A stretch of DNA of 13,020 nt, taken from the NCBI GenBank assembly GCA_054661495.1, contig BAAFSQ010000283.1, positions 1-13,020 on the forward strand, read 5' to 3'. The notes under the pieces were generated by a model, which saw nothing but the letters and a program-made list of their open reading frames with translations, was not told where the DNA came from and made no database searches. Source of the stretch: Zygophlyctis sp. KS116. Lineage: Eukaryota; Fungi; Chytridiomycota. Positions 8,562 to 13,020 of this stretch are shown here, piece by piece. The position numbers were made by a program, and so were the translations under genes. How positions within the stretch are numbered: position 1 is the first letter of the stretch; every line of letters begins with the position of its first letter.

Positions 8562-9179
8562 ATGCCAAAACCATCAGTCCTTGAATATCTTGTTAAATCT
8601 CTTAAAACTCCAGTTTATATCCCCAAATACTCTGCACCTAGAAATGCATCAACACCATCATCCTTCATCTCTAGAATCTCATCTCAAGGCCCAATCATGA
8701 ATTTTAAAAGAAATGTTTTACATATATGTCCCTCTAGATTTACTAGATTATGTGATGATCTTAAAGGTTTAAGTCTTGATAAAGCATTTTTACAGATTAA
8801 ATGGAATCGTAGGAATATTGATTCAGTCATGAATGAAACATTGACAGAATGTTTAGTAAAAGCAAAAGAGTCTGGTTTTAATCTAGATAGCACATATATT
8901 GCAGATGTTTATGCTAATCCTAAAGGATCTATATTCTCTAAAACCATGAAAAAATATATTAAAGGACGTGGAAGATATGGATCAACACCAACTCCAATAT
9001 CTACTAGTTTAGAAATCATTCTTCAGGAAAGAAATACTCCATTTAAAGCTTTTGAAAATGATCCATTGGAAAGATTAAAAGATAAATTACGTGAAAAACA
9101 AAGACCATGGGTAAAATCAGTACATGAAATTTACAAGGAGAAAAGATCTAACAGACCTATAAAGCAGATTTACTCTTAG
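8562..9179 (+). CDS. MRPL22: Mitochondrial ribosomal protein uL22m, 205 aa
   Basis: L22-like segments CPSRFTRLCDDLKGLSLDKAFLQIKW, YIADVYANPKG, IKGRGRYG and LEIILQE. Basic N-terminal extension. Confidence 0.78.
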   Translation: MPKPSVLEYLVKSLKTPVYIPKYSAPRNASTPSSFISRISSQGPIMNFKRNVLHICPSRFTRLCDDLKGLSLDKAFLQIKWNRRNIDSVMNETLTECLVKAKESGFNLDSTYIADVYANPKGSIFSKTMKKYIKGRGRYGSTPTPISTSLEIILQERNTPFKAFENDPLERLKDKLREKQRPWVKSVHEIYKEKRSNRPIKQIYS

Positions 9180-9263
9180 CTGTATTGAAGAATCTGAAAT
9201 TTTACTATAAAAATTTCTTTGCGAAATTTGAGCAGAGAAAATTTGTTAAGAAATTCTAAAAAT

Positions 9264-10085
9264 ATGATTTCCATTCCTCACTTTAATAGAAAGAGAAGAC
9301 TATCCTTAATTTCTAATTCCCTTGATCTGTCTACTTCGCATGGGCGATCGGTAGGAAACTCATTCAAGAGAGAAAGTTTTATGGATCTGTATAATTTCTC
9401 TTTGGAATCTACTCGATCAGAATCGAATAATTTAGAAGATAAGTTTTGTAAGGATTTTATCTGTTGTGGATTGGAATTACAAGATCTGCATGATCTCTTG
9501 CATCATTTTGAAGAATATCATCATGTAGATGCTAGATTTGATTCTGATGAAGAATTATTTGAATTTGAAGCTGCAATGGATGACTCTGACTCTTCGGAAT
9601 CATTCGAGTCTCCGATTACTTTTACTGATATTTACTTGAAATCGGCAGCTAATTATGCTCCAAGTAGAGCAATTGCATTATCAGAAATTTACAAAGATCC
9701 AAATTCAAAAAAGAGACATTCTGATGATGATTTTTACATTGATGATATGGAAATAGATTTTATTCCAAATCCATTGCCTACTCCAGGGATTGAAGGTGAT
9801 GAAGATAAAGATCGTCCTTATAAATGTAAAGTTAATGGATGTGTTAAATCATATAAAAACCCAGGTGGTCTTAAATATCATATGCAACATGGGCACTGTG
9901 AAGATACAGGAGATCCGGAAATGAATAATATTATTTTTAAACCTTATGAATGTACGGTTGTTGGTTGTGGAAGGAGATACAAGAATCTTAATGGATTAAA
10001 GGTAAAAATTTAGAAATTAAGAGTATATTAGTATCATATTGAACATTCTCATTTGGATAATGAAGAAGAACCAGAAGAAATTTAA
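9264..10085 (+). CDS. SFP1: Sfp1-like split C2H2 zinc-finger transcription factor, 263 aa; join(9264..10001,10032..10085)
   Basis: FCKDFICCGLELQDLHDLLHHFEEYH is the Sfp1-type N-terminal finger. Then RPYKCKVNGCVKSYKNPGGLKYHMQHGH and KPYEC...CGRRYKNLNGLK|YHIEHSH, completed by a 30-nt intron (10002-10031). Confidence 0.88.
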
Positions 10086-10378
10086 TTTTCTTGGAATTTT
10101 TAGAAAATTGGAAATTCTATTCGTTTTTTTCATAATCTTGCAAAATCTAAAAGATATCATGGCTTTTTTAATAGTTTTTAAATTTATAATACTGTCATAC
10201 TCTAATCAGTGTAGAATAGCGGATCGGAAAAACAGATCAGTCAAGCATGTCCAAGCATGTAAAGTTTTTTATTTCAAAGCAGTACAAAATTTAACAGTGT
10301 CGAGACCCGTTCCATTTACTCATGATTTAACAATAGGGTTTTATCGAGTAATGTCAAGTTCAAGGTCGTGCCAGTGCC

Positions 10379-11411
10379 ATGCGTCGTTTGAATCTTGTTC
10401 TCTTTGGATCTGATCAGTTTTCATTGACTTGTTTCTCAAAATTATATGAATCACAATCTCTAGTAAATATTTACAAGACGGTGACACCGCCAGTTAAAGA
10501 CAAGAGACATATAGGTATTTATTAATCTAATTTTAGTGCCACTTAAAAGATTTTGTAATGAATTTAATCATGATTCTGCTGATGCGCCGTCTGCTAGAAA
10601 AGATATTAAAAATTGGATGCCAGAGTGGCTTTCTAATCCTTGCATTCCTCTAGATCTGGCAGTTGTTGTGTCTTTTGGATACTTGGTTCCGCCTTCAGTT
10701 TTAAAATGTTTTAAATTTGGAGGAATTAATGTGCATCCCTCGCTTCTACCAAAATACAGAGGGCCGGCCCCAATAGAAAATACGATTTTAAATGGTGAAA
10801 CTGAAACCGGAGTATCCATCATTGGACTGCATCCAGAAATATTTGATGCTGGTTCTATTTTAAATCAAACCAAGGTTAAAATACCATCAAACGCAAAGTA
10901 TTCAGAATTACATTCTCTATTGGCGAATCAAGGATCTTTACTTTTATATAATACTTTAAAAGATTTTGAAAAATATCAATCTTTGTCTGTTTCTCAAGAC
11001 GAAAAATTGGTAACAAAAGCTCCAAAACTAAACAGAAATTTAGTATTTGTAGATTGGAATACTTGTACTGCTATTCAAATAGATCGATTACATAGAGCAA
11101 TTAGTCATCGTGTAATAACTTGCATTCTTAAATTATAGTATGGCATAGATACATTATTTAATGGAAAACGATTTATATTACTTGATCTAACTCTTGAATC
11201 TCCTTCAAAACTCTATAATCAGAAGAATCCTGGATCTATAGTCTTTGAAAACAATAAAATGTTTGTGAAATGTGCGCAAGACTGGATTCAAGTTGTAAAA
11301 CTTAAAATGATTAATAAGAAACCAACAGGTATTGTTGAATTCATAAATGGGCACGGAATAGATCCACAAATGGACTCTCTAATGTTTACAAGCGCTCAAT
11401 CTAAATTATAA
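10379..11411 (+). CDS. FMT1: Mitochondrial methionyl-tRNA formyltransferase, 327 aa; join(10379..10514,10537..11111,11139..11411)
   Basis: LVLFGSDQFS, VVSFG, INVHPSLLPKYRGPAPI, ETGVSI, FDAGSIL, TKAPKL and a C-terminal domain with PG...EFING. Introns of 22 and 27 nt. Confidence 0.92.
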
Positions 11412-11432
11412 AAAGACGATTTTTTGTACTGT

Positions 11433-11838
11433 TTAATTGATCTTTAACAATTCTACTTCAAAAGTCAAATCAGCTTTAGGAGGAATCACTCCTAATATTT
11501 AATAAAACACAATTACCTGGGTATCCTCTTTCACCATAAGCAAAATCATAAGAAATGATCAACTTTGACTTTTCTCCAAGAGTCATTTGAGGAACTCCCT
11601 CATCCCATCCTTTAATGACTTGACCGACACCAATTTTAGTAACAAAAGGCTTTCCACGATCTCTCGAAGAGTCGAATTTTGTTCCATCAGCAAGAGTTCC
11701 AACATCTAAAATCAGTATTTAAATTTCTTACAATGCATTTGGACAGTATCACCGACTTTAGGGTGAGTCTTTCCATCTCCGGCCGAAATCAATTCCTTGG
11801 TTACTCCCTACTTATCAGACAGATCATATGAATACCAT
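11433..11838 (-). CDS. FPR1: FKBP12 peptidyl-prolyl isomerase, 108 aa; complement(join(11433..11491,11517..11705,11732..11807,11836..11838)); missing from the ORF track
   Basis: M|[25 protein letters not shown]|[63 protein letters not shown]|[19 protein letters not shown]. Introns of 28, 26 and 25 nt. Confidence 0.97.
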
Positions 11839-12002
11839 TTTTCTCTTTTGCAAAAGATTTAATCCGCTTTTAACATTCCTAAACATTTCAACTTGACCCG
11901 AGACACACAGCAGTCATGGTTTACAATGGCTGCCTGTCCACACGCTGCCGACCAACAATGGCACATGCCATTCATTGTTGACAATAGTCGTCAAGACTCG
12001 AC

Positions 12003-12467
12003 ATGAATGAAAGGCTATCAGTAAAGGGATTGCATACACCTAGAAGGCATTCTGATATATCTGCACTCTCCAAATCAAAAGATCATTCTAATGGCAGCAG
12101 ATTATTAATTCCTAAATCAGGATCTAAATCCGCTGGAAATTCAAAGAGTTCCTTAAATTTAGCATCATCAGTCTCTCTAGATTTGAAAACAGTCGTCTCA
12201 CCTCCTTCTCCAGTCTCTCCGAAAAGGTCTGTAACATTTAATCCAAAGGTACAAGTTTTTGAGCATACTTCTTGGAAAAAACAATTGAAGAGATACAGAA
12301 AGATTGCAAGAAAGTTGTTGGCAAAGAAGGAACAACTTTTAAAGGATTTGAAAGATTCTAAACAAGATCAAGAATCATCAGACTCTTCTAGTGATGAAGA
12401 CGAAACGAAAACTGATTCAATGGTCTCCTCTGGAATGAGAACTCCTCCAAGAATATCTATAAATTAA
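12003..12467 (+). CDS. Hypothetical disordered Ser/Lys-rich protein with a PP1-docking RVxF motif, 154 aa
   Basis: Clean ATG-TAA ORF. KRSVTFNPKVQVF is followed by a basic helix or coiled coil and an acidic Ser tract. Confidence 0.6.
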   Translation: MNERLSVKGLHTPRRHSDISALSKSKDHSNGSRLLIPKSGSKSAGNSKSSLNLASSVSLDLKTVVSPPSPVSPKRSVTFNPKVQVFEHTSWKKQLKRYRKIARKLLAKKEQLLKDLKDSKQDQESSDSSSDEDETKTDSMVSSGMRTPPRISIN

Positions 12468-12627
12468 TAATCTGAAACCTGATACAAGTTAGTATGGCAC
12501 CTGATGATACCACTTTTTACAGCACAATGTCTCTAAATTGATTCAAATAAAACGTCTGACGAGTTGAATTCTTTTCTAATTTTAAAATGGAATCTAAATA
12601 TCTAAACTAGATAATTCAGTTGGCGAT

Positions 12628-13020
12628 CTAAACTTTGAGATTTGGATATTGATACAAAAGCTCTGTTTTAATTCTATCGGCTAATCCATCACGAACATTC
12701 CTATAAGCTCCTAATTGTTCATCCTTTGTACCAACAGCTTTAGATGGATCAGGGAAACTCCAGTGTAATTTCTTAATTGCTCCGGGAAAGATTGGACAAG
12801 TATCATTTGCAGAATCACAAACAGTGACAACATAATCAATCTTGCGATCAAGAAACTGATCCAATGTTTTTGATGTGTGAGAGGACATATCAACATTCCA
12901 TTCTTGCATCACTTCAATCGCCAGTGGTCTCACAAATGTTTCTTCTGTTCCCGCACTATATGCTTCATACATTCCTAGAGTATCCAAGTGTCGGAGAGTG
13001 GCTTCTGCAATTTGACTTCT
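12628..13020 (-). CDS. arsC: Thioredoxin-coupled arsenate reductase / LMW-PTP family protein (ArsC-like), 5'-truncated by the window edge
   Basis: The frame is open to 13020: RSQIAEA (end of the Cx5R P-loop), SAGT, HTSKTL, VVTVCDSANDTCPIFPG (Cx6C redox pair) and HWSFPDP...YRNVRD. Confidence 0.85.
   Translation of the reverse strand, partial: RSQIAEATLRHLDTLGMYEAYSAGTEETFVRPLAIEVMQEWNVDMSSHTSKTLDQFLDRKIDYVVTVCDSANDTCPIFPGAIKKLHWSFPDPSKAVGTKDEQLGAYRNVRDGLADRIKTELLYQYPNLKV

Noticed and set aside
10039-10413. 124-aa ORF between SFP1 and FMT1
   Set aside because: Non-ATG start, overlaps both genes out of frame, and has the F/I/K/L-rich composition typical of AT-rich non-coding DNA.
12502-12559. 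Box C/D snoRNA-like TGATGA...CTGA
   Set aside because: It is short, has no terminal stem or clear D'/C' boxes, and I could not find a convincing rRNA-complementary guide. A snoscan/Infernal run would settle it.
12462-12605. Possible serial +1 frameshifting at AAT-TAA, AGT-TAG and AAT-TGA extending the orphan ORF
   Set aside because: The successive frames are only ~8, 16 and 21 codons long, which is expected by chance in AT-rich DNA. There is no homology support, and no such site occurs in conserved genes.
1200-12896. Antisense or alternate-frame ORFs (1200-1559, 2142-2408, 2227-2460, 4333-4518, 4424-4666, 4747-4962, 6932-7171, 7320-7532, 7581-7811, 7821-8048, 7957-8163, 8684-8893, 10568-10822, 12711-12896)
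   Set aside because: These are shadows of real genes with no recognisable motifs.
6216-13020. Metal/metalloid resistance cluster (VIT1 x2, COA6, ArsC)
   Set aside because: The genes are interleaved with unrelated housekeeping genes and act in different pathways, so proximity is probably coincidental.

Overview
This is AT-rich, very gene-dense eukaryotic nuclear DNA. It most likely comes from an early-diverging, chytrid-like fungus (inferred from the SFP1, VMA16, CCC1/VIT1 and DH-BAR-SH3 GEF genes; the taxon cannot be confirmed). I reconstructed 14 protein genes: a GPI-anchored 8-Cys surface protein (partial), an RDH/WWOX-type SDR, a retropepsin-like protease, VMA16, a Tuba/DNMBP-like RhoGEF, two tandem VIT1/CCC1 transporters, COA6, MRPL22, an SFP1-like zinc finger, FMT1, FKBP12, an RVxF-motif orphan and a bacterial-type ArsC (partial). 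The supplied ORF track is fragmented because the genes contain 19 inferred ultra-short GT-AG introns of 22-32 nt (median 27). Four observations stand out. (1) The tiny-intron system. (2) A single in-frame TAG at a Trp position in an otherwise intact VIT1 copy, which could be editing, readthrough, a recent null or an error. (3) A 1.07-kb insert encoding a lone retropepsin, flanked by a ~250-bp duplication of host sequence that left both neighbouring genes intact. (4) A thioredoxin-type arsenate reductase that is probably of bacterial origin. All gene models are manual and untested.
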